This document shows positions 37,771-46,653 of a stretch of 64,000 nucleotides of DNA, piece after piece (position 1 is the stretch's first letter; each line of letters begins with the position of its first letter). The DNA is taken from IMG/VR virus record IMGVR_UViG_3300028676_000005, positions 165,430 to 229,429 of that record; one strand, given 5' to 3'. The translations under genes were made by a program, and so were the position numbers. The notes beneath the pieces were generated by a model. The model was given only the letters and a program-made list of their open reading frames with translations, searched no databases and was not told the DNA's origin.

Positions 37771-38850
37771 TTACAGACCAAACATTTCCAACAGTGCTTT
37801 GTGAGCACCGCGCAGGCGAACGTTGGTAATCTCGATCAGCTTGGCAACCTTAACCGCTTGGTTGACCAATACACGCAGAGCATCAATTTCGCTTTTCAGG
37901 GCAGCCTTATCTTTGGCATCTTTGGCTTTCTTCATACGGTCTTCAGTTTTAGTGAGGACAGCTTGGAGAGCACCTTTCTTGCCATTGAAGTCATCACCCA
38001 AAGTCTTCATTGCTGCGACGTTGGCGTTGATGGCTGTACCGAAAGCGATTACTGCACTTACTTCTTTGGCAGTTGCCACTTTCTTAACGATTGGCTCAAA
38101 AGCAGCGTTCTTAACAATGACCTTGTTAATCAACGCTTCCATTTCGATCAGGATATCCGCAGCAGGGTGATCGCTACCGGTCATCTTGTCGTTGGCTGCT
38201 TGAGCCTTAGGCGAATCTTTGTTAACAATGCTGATGAAAGCCTTGTGAGACCCTTCTACCAGATTGACTGCCTTAACAATTTTATTCTGCGCTGTTTTGT
38301 TCAGCGTAGGAAGCTTCTTAAGAGCGGCTTTAATAGCAGCACGCTTCTCTTGAGGAGTCTTCGCTGACTTCAACGCATCAGCAGTAGCCTTGTCACCACC
38401 TTCTTCTGCGAGCTTAGCCATCTTCCCGGCTTGGCTACTAGCCTCCGCATCGGTTTGGGTACCGTCAGCGGCTTTCTTGGCCTTGTCGTTACCTTCATCG
38501 ATTTCTTTCTTGGTGGTTTCTGCCACTTCGGCGTTGTCACGGCTGAAGAAGAAGTTCCAGATGCTTTTGATGGTACCGACAATCCAATCCCACGCAGCCT
38601 TGAAGCCATCGCCAATAGCACTGAACACACCTTCGTTACCCTGGAGGGCTGAGAAAGGGATCATGTTGTTGGCAAACAGCACACCTTCGGCAACACGTTG
38701 GTTAGGAGTGATCTTGATGGACTCGCCACCTGCAATCGCATCCATCTGATCGACTGAGTCATCCAGGGAGTCGATCATTACATTTACAATCGGAAGATCT
38801 GGCACTACAAACGTAGCGCCATCCGCTTCATATTCGGCAACTGGGATCAT
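37771..38850 (-). CDS. Putative internal head protein
   Basis: 359 aa; GVLFAN..LQGNEGVF..AWDWIV..IWNFFF motif; A/K-rich. Confidence 0.75.
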   Translation of the reverse strand: MIPVAEYEADGATFVVPDLPIVNVMIDSLDDSVDQMDAIAGGESIKITPNQRVAEGVLFANNMIPFSALQGNEGVFSAIGDGFKAAWDWIVGTIKSIWNFFFSRDNAEVAETTKKEIDEGNDKAKKAADGTQTDAEASSQAGKMAKLAEEGGDKATADALKSAKTPQEKRAAIKAALKKLPTLNKTAQNKIVKAVNLVEGSHKAFISIVNKDSPKAQAANDKMTGSDHPAADILIEMEALINKVIVKNAAFEPIVKKVATAKEVSAVIAFGTAINANVAAMKTLGDDFNGKKGALQAVLTKTEDRMKKAKDAKDKAALKSEIDALRVLVNQAVKVAKLIEITNVRLRGAHKALLEMFGL

Positions 38851-38875
38851 TGCAATTACTCGGTTAGCCAGTTAA

Positions 38876-39799
38876 TTACTTAACCAGGGTGTTGAAGAAC
38901 TTGGTGAGGTTTTCTTTGCCTTTGGCAGTCGGGAGACGACTAACAGGGAAAGCGATGTCAACGCTAGTGCGCAGACGATGACGATTAGCCCAGTTTGTAG
39001 CAACGCGGGTCAGGAAGGTGAAATAAGCTTCGTAACCTTCAATGGCGTTAGCTGGGTATTTGCCTTTAATGCTTTGCAGGAAGCGATACGCGCCGCCATC
39101 ACGGAACAAGTTCACGTCTTGCAGGATCTCAGCCAGGATAGCTTTGGTTACCAGCACGTACTGTGGGTAGTCCAGAGTCAGAGAAGCCCCGACGGTATCA
39201 ATCCAGGTAACCTGTTCTTCAAACAGTTCTTGCTTGTCACGGAACGCCAGCGTGCCGCGCACAAACTTCATGTGCTTTTCCAGGCGACGCAGCATGATCG
39301 TGGTAACGGCGGTGCCGTCTTCAGTAATCATTTCACCGGCCAGAACTTTGGCTGGGTCTTCAACCAGGCTGGCTTCACCCGAATCTTCTTCGCGAGCGAC
39401 TTGAAGAGAAGGAGGTACTTCAGTAGGGGTTGGTGCTGGAAGGCCCTGATTGATAGGCTGAGTAACTTCCGGCTCTTGAACAGTGCTCTCTTGCACAGGG
39501 GGAACGTATTCGCCCTGGTTGCCATCAACGGCAGGGTGGGTAGGAGCATCGCCTTCTACAACAGGCTTGGCTTCGCCATCGTCGACAACGTTGGCTGGAT
39601 TTGGGGCGGCTGTCAGCGTACCGAGGCTGTTAGGCGCGTCAAGGTCAGCGCTTTCGAGGATCAGCCCTTTAGCTGGCTCTGTAGTGGTATCAGCCTGATT
39701 GACTTGTTCTTCAGGGGTAACCTTTGGGGTTTGTTGACCCTGTTGTGGTTGTTGGCCTTGTTGACGACCATTGTTGTTGCGATTGCTGTTATTGCTCAT
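38876..39799 (-). CDS. Hypothetical protein with disordered Q/P/E-rich N-terminus
   Basis: 307 aa, GGAG SD. Confidence 0.8.
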   Translation of the reverse strand: MSNNSNRNNNGRQQGQQPQQGQQTPKVTPEEQVNQADTTTEPAKGLILESADLDAPNSLGTLTAAPNPANVVDDGEAKPVVEGDAPTHPAVDGNQGEYVPPVQESTVQEPEVTQPINQGLPAPTPTEVPPSLQVAREEDSGEASLVEDPAKVLAGEMITEDGTAVTTIMLRRLEKHMKFVRGTLAFRDKQELFEEQVTWIDTVGASLTLDYPQYVLVTKAILAEILQDVNLFRDGGAYRFLQSIKGKYPANAIEGYEAYFTFLTRVATNWANRHRLRTSVDIAFPVSRLPTAKGKENLTKFFNTLVK

Positions 39800-39855
39800 G
39801 GGAAAATCTCCGCTTTTCGAAATATGTTTAATCGCTTGCTGATTAGCATAAAATA

Positions 39856-39885
39856 CCCCCTGCCTCCATAAAGGAGACAGGGAGG
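39856..39885 (-). terminator. Terminator-like hairpin
   Basis: CCCTGTCTCC-tttat-GGAGGCAGGG followed by GGTATTTT. Confidence 0.65.
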
Positions 39886-39892
39886 ACCTTAT

Positions 39893-40345
39893 TTACATTT
39901 TTACTTTGTTTGGATCAATACCAGCTTTCCTAAGTTCTGCCTCTTGTTCAGGCGAGAGCTTATTCTTGCTGCTTCTTTCGGCTTTGGCTCTGAGGTCCGC
40001 ATCCGTCTTTTCACGCTTGCTAAGCCCAGAAGAAACACCAGCCAAAAACTCTTCGATAATGCAGTTAGGTAACGTCAGGTAACTTTCAGGGGGGATTATT
40101 GTCCCCAGCTTATGATAACCGTAGTGTTCACTAACTTGATTCATGGACCATGGATGGAAGAAATCATGCTCTTCCGGGTACCAGGCCGCTGAGGAGTATG
40201 GTGTCTTTTTATCAGGGGTGTAAAGTTCAAAGTTAATATCAACTAATTCCTTTTCCCTGAGAATTAGAGTCTCTGGAAGAACTGACTCTAAAGAATGACC
40301 AAGCAATGCTTTGGTAATACCTTCATGCACTCTTCCAAAGGCCAC
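39893..40345 (-). CDS. Hypothetical protein; possibly expressed as -1 frameshift extension of upstream gene
   Basis: 150 aa from GTG with SD only 3 nt away; frame stays open upstream to 40483, spanning a T7 run. Confidence 0.7.
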   Translation of the reverse strand: MAFGRVHEGITKALLGHSLESVLPETLILREKELVDINFELYTPDKKTPYSSAAWYPEEHDFFHPWSMNQVSEHYGYHKLGTIIPPESYLTLPNCIIEEFLAGVSSGLSKREKTDADLRAKAERSSKNKLSPEQEAELRKAGIDPNKVKM

Positions 40346-40368
40346 ACGTCCTTTACTGTTTAGGCGGT

Positions 40369-42051
40369 TTATTCCGAGAGGGCTTTTACCCTTGCGTCGA
40401 GTCCGTCGGTCGCTTCCGCCATCAGCAGCAACTGGACGTGGGTAAAAAAACTCATGATTGGGTCGATAGGGGTGTACCCAAACTTACGATCCTTGATGTT
40501 TTCTGGATCTTCCAGATCTTCACGAGCCTTCTTACATTTAGGGCAGACAAAGTTGTTGATACCGCAGAACGACTTCGACAAGTACGGAGTCTTGTTGAAG
40601 ATGGCCGACGTAAGACGACTGTTGAACTGAGAGGAATCTTTGATAGCTTCCACCAGGCCCAGGTTGAAGTCGTCTTGGTCTTTGGCATTATCACGCGACA
40701 GAACGGTGTCCGGTTCGTCAGTGGCGGTATTGCCAACGGCAACAAACTTGTCAATCCAGTGAATGTATTCGGTGGCACCCAGGGAGGTATAGATCATATT
40801 GCGTTGGGTGTCGAATTCTTCTGGATCGAGAACTTTGGTACGCAGATCTTGCAACTCGCCAGATACACGAGCGCTGAAATAATCAAACGTCTGGAATGCG
40901 TTGGCCAACGACGGGGAACCCAGCTCGAAGTAAATCGAATCGTCGTCGTTAGACACACGGGTAGATTCCAGGCCAAACTTAGCACCTTTAATCAACGCCA
41001 TGGTTTCTTCGATAGTGTAGGTAACCTTGTGGTTAAACAGGTTGCCGTATGCCGCCGATTCTTCCGGGGTGTCATGCATGTCACGGTGATGAGCCAGACG
41101 TTCAGCGTCTACTAGCTCAAAACCTTCCCAGTCGCACTTAGGCGAAGCACACACCAGATGCATGTGAACACCTTTGTTGGTGTAAGCACGCAGCAGACCA
41201 ATGGTCAGGACGTCGATATCAGTCCAACGGATGACCGAACTCAGCTGGCGGAAATCACCAATGTTGCTTACGCTGGAGTAGGTGATACGTTTGGCGATAA
41301 AGTCCCAGATAACACGACCAGCAGCAATACGAGCCAAAGTGGCCGAGTTGTTGTTGACACGACGCACGTAACCTTTAATAGCGTTACGGATATCGTTGAT
41401 CAGGTTACCCATGTCCATTTTGCTAGGACGCAGGATAGACAGCTTAACGAAGGAGTTACGCAGCTCGATGTCGAACACCAAGCGCCCGTCTTCGGAGTTG
41501 ATCACGCGACGGCGCATGATATCCGAGTCCTTCATGTTCTTTACGTCACGCCCTGGCTTACGACCAGATACGTCAGGTGTGATTACGCCACCGCGATCGC
41601 AGAGGTTGGAAATGTGATCTTCTCGAATGGCACCGGATCGCATACGAAGATCATCAAGGAACTCCGAATAGAAGGCGACCATTTTGCCGGCACGTTCTTC
41701 AAGGGCATCAGGGGCAATTGAAGGATAGTGCTCAGCAGCAAAGCTTTGCCATTCTTCTTCTTTCTTGCGCAAGGCTGGGAGGTAATCATTATTGCGTTCA
41801 ACCATTTGACGGAGAGTGATCATCTCGATGTAGGGTTCCATCAAAGCGTTCGAATGCTTACGAGACTCTTTGCTGTTACCCAAGAAGATAGTCATGAAAC
41901 CATCTTCTTTCTCTTTATCGGTGAGTGGACGAATCACAACAGTTTCCGGCGGCACATGGTTAACCATGGGCGTGTTACCAGGAGTGTGCAACTCGTTATG
42001 TTTGGCGAAGGTCTTTTCGACCGGTACGCCCTGATTGGTTTCGTCAGTCAT
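40369..42051 (-). CDS. Putative tail/baseplate assembly chaperone (T4 gp26-like C-terminal region)
   Basis: D..VL.IGLL....G.....C...C and CPKC...FF motifs; start moved to ATG 42051. Confidence 0.55.
   Translation of the reverse strand: MTDETNQGVPVEKTFAKHNELHTPGNTPMVNHVPPETVVIRPLTDKEKEDGFMTIFLGNSKESRKHSNALMEPYIEMITLRQMVERNNDYLPALRKKEEEWQSFAAEHYPSIAPDALEERAGKMVAFYSEFLDDLRMRSGAIREDHISNLCDRGGVITPDVSGRKPGRDVKNMKDSDIMRRRVINSEDGRLVFDIELRNSFVKLSILRPSKMDMGNLINDIRNAIKGYVRRVNNNSATLARIAAGRVIWDFIAKRITYSSVSNIGDFRQLSSVIRWTDIDVLTIGLLRAYTNKGVHMHLVCASPKCDWEGFELVDAERLAHHRDMHDTPEESAAYGNLFNHKVTYTIEETMALIKGAKFGLESTRVSNDDDSIYFELGSPSLANAFQTFDYFSARVSGELQDLRTKVLDPEEFDTQRNMIYTSLGATEYIHWIDKFVAVGNTATDEPDTVLSRDNAKDQDDFNLGLVEAIKDSSQFNSRLTSAIFNKTPYLSKSFCGINNFVCPKCKKAREDLEDPENIKDRKFGYTPIDPIMSFFTHVQLLLMAEATDGLDARVKALSE
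40401..40450 (-). other. Candidate -1 programmed frameshift signal (T_TTT_TTT plus hairpin)
   Basis: AGT TTT TTT ACC at 40452-40441; -1 frame continuous with 39893-40345 ORF. Confidence 0.65.
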
Positions 42052-42065
42052 GACTGGCAAGTTCC

Positions 42066-42851
42066 TTAGTTAACGTCTTTGGCTTTATCGGCGTTCAGCA
42101 GTTCGTCGAGGTCGTCTTCACCGGCGGTAATCAATTCACCATCCACAGTGGCTGGCTCGACCAGGTCGGGTTCCGATTCCAGATCCAGACCTTCGGTAAG
42201 ATCAGGAGACAACGTGGCGTACAGAGGCGCTACGGTCTGCATACGCTGATCGTGGAACACCATGCTGAGTTGCATTTGATTCAGACCAGGTTCACCATGT
42301 TCTTTGTAGTAGTTTTCGATGAGGTCCTGGTGCGGCTTGATGGTGCCATTGAAAACGGTAGAGGCCGAATCGCGGGTAACTTCAATCATGGTTTCCATGA
42401 AACTGATGTACACGTCAGCAAATTGCTCGAAGCCCAGACCTTCTTCTATCAGGATTTGGATTGCATTAACGTCTTCGGCAATCTTTACCACGGCCTTGTC
42501 AAAGGCAGTAATCGCGAGAGTATCGCTTTCGGTAAAGACAATAGTACCTTCTTTATTCAAACGGTCGGCAACTTCGATGACCGCGTGAACAGGGATTACC
42601 AGGTCGAGACCCTTAACCAGGGTTTCGATGACTTGTTTGTTGGTCGGTGCTTCGGCGGTAGAACCGGTGTTTTTAACTTGCTTGTGATACTTATGCAAAG
42701 TTGCAAGAGCGCCGTTGTTAAACAGCTCGGTTTCGAGCTTCTTATCGAACTTGGCAGCCAGTTGCTGCGGTGTCTTTTTCTTACCGGCAGATTTCTTGCC
42801 CGCTTTACGTTGGATACGTTTTGCGGCCATTGCTTGGTTTTTAGTGCCCAT
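42066..42851 (-). CDS. Hypothetical protein, basic N-terminus and acidic C-terminus
   Basis: 261 aa. Confidence 0.8.
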   Translation of the reverse strand: MGTKNQAMAAKRIQRKAGKKSAGKKKTPQQLAAKFDKKLETELFNNGALATLHKYHKQVKNTGSTAEAPTNKQVIETLVKGLDLVIPVHAVIEVADRLNKEGTIVFTESDTLAITAFDKAVVKIAEDVNAIQILIEEGLGFEQFADVYISFMETMIEVTRDSASTVFNGTIKPHQDLIENYYKEHGEPGLNQMQLSMVFHDQRMQTVAPLYATLSPDLTEGLDLESEPDLVEPATVDGELITAGEDDLDELLNADKAKDVN

Positions 42852-42889
42852 GAATGCTATAGTCCTAATTAATCCAGATGGAGAGTGTT

Positions 42890-43867
42890 ATGCTCATCAC
42901 AGCACAAGAGGCTGTACTGCTTGAACAAGACGAAGATATTGCCTCATCGGTTATCGGAGGGGCATGGGATCTTTTCAAACGATCGATACCGGAACCTCAG
43001 TCCAATATCTTGGTAAATGCGTTAAATTTTATCCTGTTGGCAGACCGCAGCGAAGTTAATCTGGACGACCCTAACAGTTTAGATAATCTTGATATGGATG
43101 ACCTCATGGGTCGACCAACGTCATTCTTACCAATTCAAATTAACAACTTACTCGTAGATGAAATGATCGACATCTCCTCCAAGAAACTTCACGTCTACGA
43201 TATGGTTATCGAAAACGTGTTGTACCTCTTGAAGAAAATGGGGTTTACTATTGACGAGGATCAAGTTACGACACAAAGTCTGCCGCATCTCTGTAAGATA
43301 GGTCACTTCTTTTACGACATGCAGGGTTATCAAGACCTCATAGGTATTGCGGCAACGTTGGAAAGTAAGGACGTTGATCCAGTAAGTCGGTTTATTCTGG
43401 TGTTGCAACGTTACCTCGGTGAGGATACCGACATGAGCGCTTATGAGAGCCTCATTGAAGACGTTACTGAAGTAACCCTTATGGCCATCAAAGATAGCCT
43501 TGAAGGCGGCGACGCTGGCGATAGCGGACTTCCTGCTGGCATTATTAAACGTGTACGGGCTAACGTTGAAACTATTAAAGGTACACTGGCCCACACCCAC
43601 GTTCTTTCTAACGGTCAGTTAGGCGGTAGCGTGGAAAGCTTCCTGGGTTTCTTTCAGGGTGAGCTTAAAGCCATTCAAGATAACCTTGAAGGTGAAAACA
43701 TCACTAAGTACATTAAAGAGCTTATTGGGATCTATCTCATTAGTGAGGTTAACACTCCCAACATTAAAGAGGCTCTTCTCAGAACTGCACACGAACTGGT
43801 ATCGGATTTCCTTACCCTTACCAAATTAGAATCCCTCATCAATGGGTTGGTACTAACCGATGACTAA
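42890..43867 (+). CDS. Conserved hypothetical protein (phiKZ gp79-like)
   Basis: ~325 aa acidic helical protein, upstream of vRNAP subunit; ATG 42890 with GGAG SD (42878 alternative). Confidence 0.7.
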   Translation: MLITAQEAVLLEQDEDIASSVIGGAWDLFKRSIPEPQSNILVNALNFILLADRSEVNLDDPNSLDNLDMDDLMGRPTSFLPIQINNLLVDEMIDISSKKLHVYDMVIENVLYLLKKMGFTIDEDQVTTQSLPHLCKIGHFFYDMQGYQDLIGIAATLESKDVDPVSRFILVLQRYLGEDTDMSAYESLIEDVTEVTLMAIKDSLEGGDAGDSGLPAGIIKRVRANVETIKGTLAHTHVLSNGQLGGSVESFLGFFQGELKAIQDNLEGENITKYIKELIGIYLISEVNTPNIKEALLRTAHELVSDFLTLTKLESLINGLVLTDD

Positions 43868-45155
43868 GTTAGAGTATCTTAAACATTGGCTAGAGGTAAA
43901 GGGGTACGCTGCCAAGGCGGCACTCCAATCCTTTATTTCTATCCAATTAGAAGATGAAGACAGTTCAGGTGCCTTTAAGAAGATTGAGCATGCCGTCTTT
44001 ATTGAAGGCGGTAAGTTCCACGCGTTTGTTGATGGCAAACAGGTAACTATTGAAGGCGATGTAAACCTTCCCTTTTATCACAACGATGACTTCATTAAAG
44101 TACCTGCTGATTTCCACCCAGTATTGCAGGGCAAGAACTACGTCACTACCTTTGGTCTGTTGATCTTCAACATTATTCTTTTCTGGGAAGTGTTCGGTAA
44201 AAAGGTTGACTATGTAAACGAAGAGTTTACGTCCAGCTTTATCAAGAAGACCATTGAGCGGCTCATGGTGGATAACCCTAAAGAAGGGGAAACCGTTCCG
44301 GAAGACAAAGCTTCTGTAGATGACTGCCTCAAGTTTACTCGTCACTGTAATTACCTGGAAGGTCTTGGTACTTACTTTGTTAAGCCTGGTGGTATTGACG
44401 CGTTGACCGCTAGTCCTAAAGTTCTTAAGCGTAAAGCAGAACTCTTTGCACAACTTAAGAAAGACGGTAAGCTCAATGATCCAGTTGCGTTTACTAAGGT
44501 TATTAAAGAGCTGGTAGATCTTGACCGTGAAGAAATGCTTAATGGCCCAAGTGCCAACTTCTTCATCAATGATAAGTTCATCTCTAACGCCCGCAAACGT
44601 ATGTTCATTGCGTTTGGTATTGAGCCGAAGGGCGATGGGTGGGTTGGTCTGTCGATGTCCCTGGACGAAGGCATGGACCCTAACGAGATCGTTGCCTACA
44701 TTAACACGGCAGTGGCTGGTAGTTACTCTCGCTCGATGTCTACTGGTGAAGGTGGTGCTCAAGTAAAAGGCATCCTTAAACTTGTTGGTCGTCGTAAAGT
44801 AGGTAGCCCTGACTGTGGTACTAAACTTGGCGAGGCTCGCTATATCCACGAAACCTTTGGTCGTCGTTGGATTGGTAGTTTCTATTGCAAAGGTACCGAA
44901 GGGGTTCTCATCACTAAGGATAATCTGCCAGAACTTATTGGCAAGACTCTGTTGATCCGCTCCCCAGCGTTCTGTGCTGAGAGTGAAGGTAACTTCTGTG
45001 TTAAGTGTTGTGGTGAAGGCTTGGGCAAACTTGCTAACCGTCTGAGTGCCGAGGTTGTTCGTATTCCTACAACAGCCATGCTTACTCGAATGAAAGCAGC
45101 TCACATTGCTGGTGCAAGTACCGTTGTAATGGATCTTGCTATTGCAATCAAATAA
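43860..45155 (+). CDS. Virion RNA polymerase beta-prime middle subunit (phiKZ gp80-like)
   Basis: Bridge-helix-like GSYSRSMSTGEGG, DCGT, Zn site RSPAFC..FCVKCCG. Confidence 0.88.
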   Translation: MTKLEYLKHWLEVKGYAAKAALQSFISIQLEDEDSSGAFKKIEHAVFIEGGKFHAFVDGKQVTIEGDVNLPFYHNDDFIKVPADFHPVLQGKNYVTTFGLLIFNIILFWEVFGKKVDYVNEEFTSSFIKKTIERLMVDNPKEGETVPEDKASVDDCLKFTRHCNYLEGLGTYFVKPGGIDALTASPKVLKRKAELFAQLKKDGKLNDPVAFTKVIKELVDLDREEMLNGPSANFFINDKFISNARKRMFIAFGIEPKGDGWVGLSMSLDEGMDPNEIVAYINTAVAGSYSRSMSTGEGGAQVKGILKLVGRRKVGSPDCGTKLGEARYIHETFGRRWIGSFYCKGTEGVLITKDNLPELIGKTLLIRSPAFCAESEGNFCVKCCGEGLGKLANRLSAEVVRIPTTAMLTRMKAAHIAGASTVVMDLAIAIK

Positions 45156-45176
45156 AAGCAAAAAAATAAACATGAC

Positions 45177-45212
45177 TAACCCTCCTAGCCCCGTAAAGGG
45201 CTAGGAGGGTTA
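45177..45212. terminator. Bidirectional terminator-like hairpin
   Basis: 15-bp stem TAACCCTCCTAGCCC-cgtaaa-GGGCTAGGAGGGTTA. Confidence 0.85.
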
Positions 45213-45224
45213 TGCCAAAACAGG

Positions 45225-45791
45225 CTAACTGGTTTTCATGGAAAAGGTGTTAGGGTCAAAACTATTAAGGCTTATTGGGGTAGGCTCCAACATAGAGGCC
45301 AAAACGTTGTTCTGTTCCAATGCGCTTTCAGCATGTCCATACAGACAGTAGACAATGCAACCCTTGCCATGGATAGCGTTGAAATGGAAACCTGAAACAA
45401 TAGCAGGGTCAGTAAAGACACTGCCAAGGCCCAGAATTGTTGATATGTCATTTGCCGCTTCAATCGAATGAATAGCGAGGTTCAGACGAGAGACCGCCAT
45501 TTCGTGGTTATCAGAATTGTAGCCATAGTTGGCTTCATCAATCGTGATACCATTTGCCTGATCAAGACTCTTGGTCACCTCAAGCATGTATTCTGCTGAA
45601 GTGTCCAATTGGTTCTCAGGATACTCGTTAACAAACTCAGCGCTTTCGAGTACCGATACAGCATCAGGAGCAGCCGCCACCAAGATGTTCATAATGGCTT
45701 CGATTACCAGAAATCCAACAAAGTCATTACTTACGTCGCTATACAACTCTTCTTGAGTGCTGGGGTCGATCTTAACAACGAAGTTATGCAT
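45225..45791 (-). CDS. Hypothetical protein
   Basis: 188 aa acidic ORF in operon after helicase. Confidence 0.75.
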   Translation of the reverse strand: MHNFVVKIDPSTQEELYSDVSNDFVGFLVIEAIMNILVAAAPDAVSVLESAEFVNEYPENQLDTSAEYMLEVTKSLDQANGITIDEANYGYNSDNHEMAVSRLNLAIHSIEAANDISTILGLGSVFTDPAIVSGFHFNAIHGKGCIVYCLYGHAESALEQNNVLASMLEPTPISLNSFDPNTFSMKTS

Positions 45792-45796
45792 TAGGA

Positions 45797-46195
45797 TTAA
45801 TCCTTACGCAAATCGATAATCAGCTGGATTCCAGTCAGGGTGGTATTGGTAATCTGGAACATCATACCCTTATAAGGAACCAGGGTATTAAAAGCGTCTT
45901 GCACGTACTTGTTTTGTTCAAACATTTTGAAAGCTGCCGACAGTTCTTTGGCCTCGCTTTCAATAAACTCGCTAATCTTCTTCGCTGTCGTGTAATGCGG
46001 CGGCGGAGTGATGTACAGTTGAATGAACGACTTCGATGGGTCCTCGAAAGTAACACCGGTCATAATGGAACGAATGCGCAGTTCCAACAGCTTCTGAACC
46101 AGGTGATAGTAACGACACTCTTCGATCCCGGGGGTAGGAACAGTAAGAGTAACTACTTCTTGGGCAACAGAAGGAGCAAAGGGAGTATGGCTCAT
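45797..46195 (-). CDS. Hypothetical protein
   Basis: 132 aa, ATGA overlap, GGAGG SD. Confidence 0.8.
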   Translation of the reverse strand: MSHTPFAPSVAQEVVTLTVPTPGIEECRYYHLVQKLLELRIRSIMTGVTFEDPSKSFIQLYITPPPHYTTAKKISEFIESEAKELSAAFKMFEQNKYVQDAFNTLVPYKGMMFQITNTTLTGIQLIIDLRKD

Positions 46196-46623
46196 ATCAG
46201 GGTACCTCCAATGAGTACTACAATGTTGTCTTTGTTTATTTTGGACAACACGCTGGTTATATTTAAAAGCAGATAAGCCGCGTCAATATCTGGCTGGTTA
46301 TCGGTAATCAGATCTTCGAAACGTTTACGCACTGAGGTGTGGTAATCAAGCCGATGGCCAATAGGGTCTTTAGAAAAGGAGCGGGCTTCTTCCTCACTAA
46401 GGAAATTAGCTGTTTCCACTTCACCGTCTTGGTCGTACAGAAGCTCGGTTAGAGCGCTATGATACCAACTATCACTTAACCCCTCCTCGGTGTTAATAAA
46501 GTCTGTCAGAAAGAGATCTAAGGAGCTTTGAATTGCTTTAACAACTATGTTGCTACAACTACCAATACCCTCTGATCGAAGTATCAGTGTTGCTGTACCA
46601 GGAACGGCTCGGTTATCCGCCAT
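46192..46623 (-). CDS. Hypothetical protein
   Basis: 143 aa, GAGG SD. Confidence 0.75.
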   Translation of the reverse strand: MADNRAVPGTATLILRSEGIGSCSNIVVKAIQSSLDLFLTDFINTEEGLSDSWYHSALTELLYDQDGEVETANFLSEEEARSFSKDPIGHRLDYHTSVRKRFEDLITDNQPDIDAAYLLLNITSVLSKINKDNIVVLIGGTLI

Positions 46624-46653
46624 ACCAAACCTCGTAAGGTAACACTCGCGACA

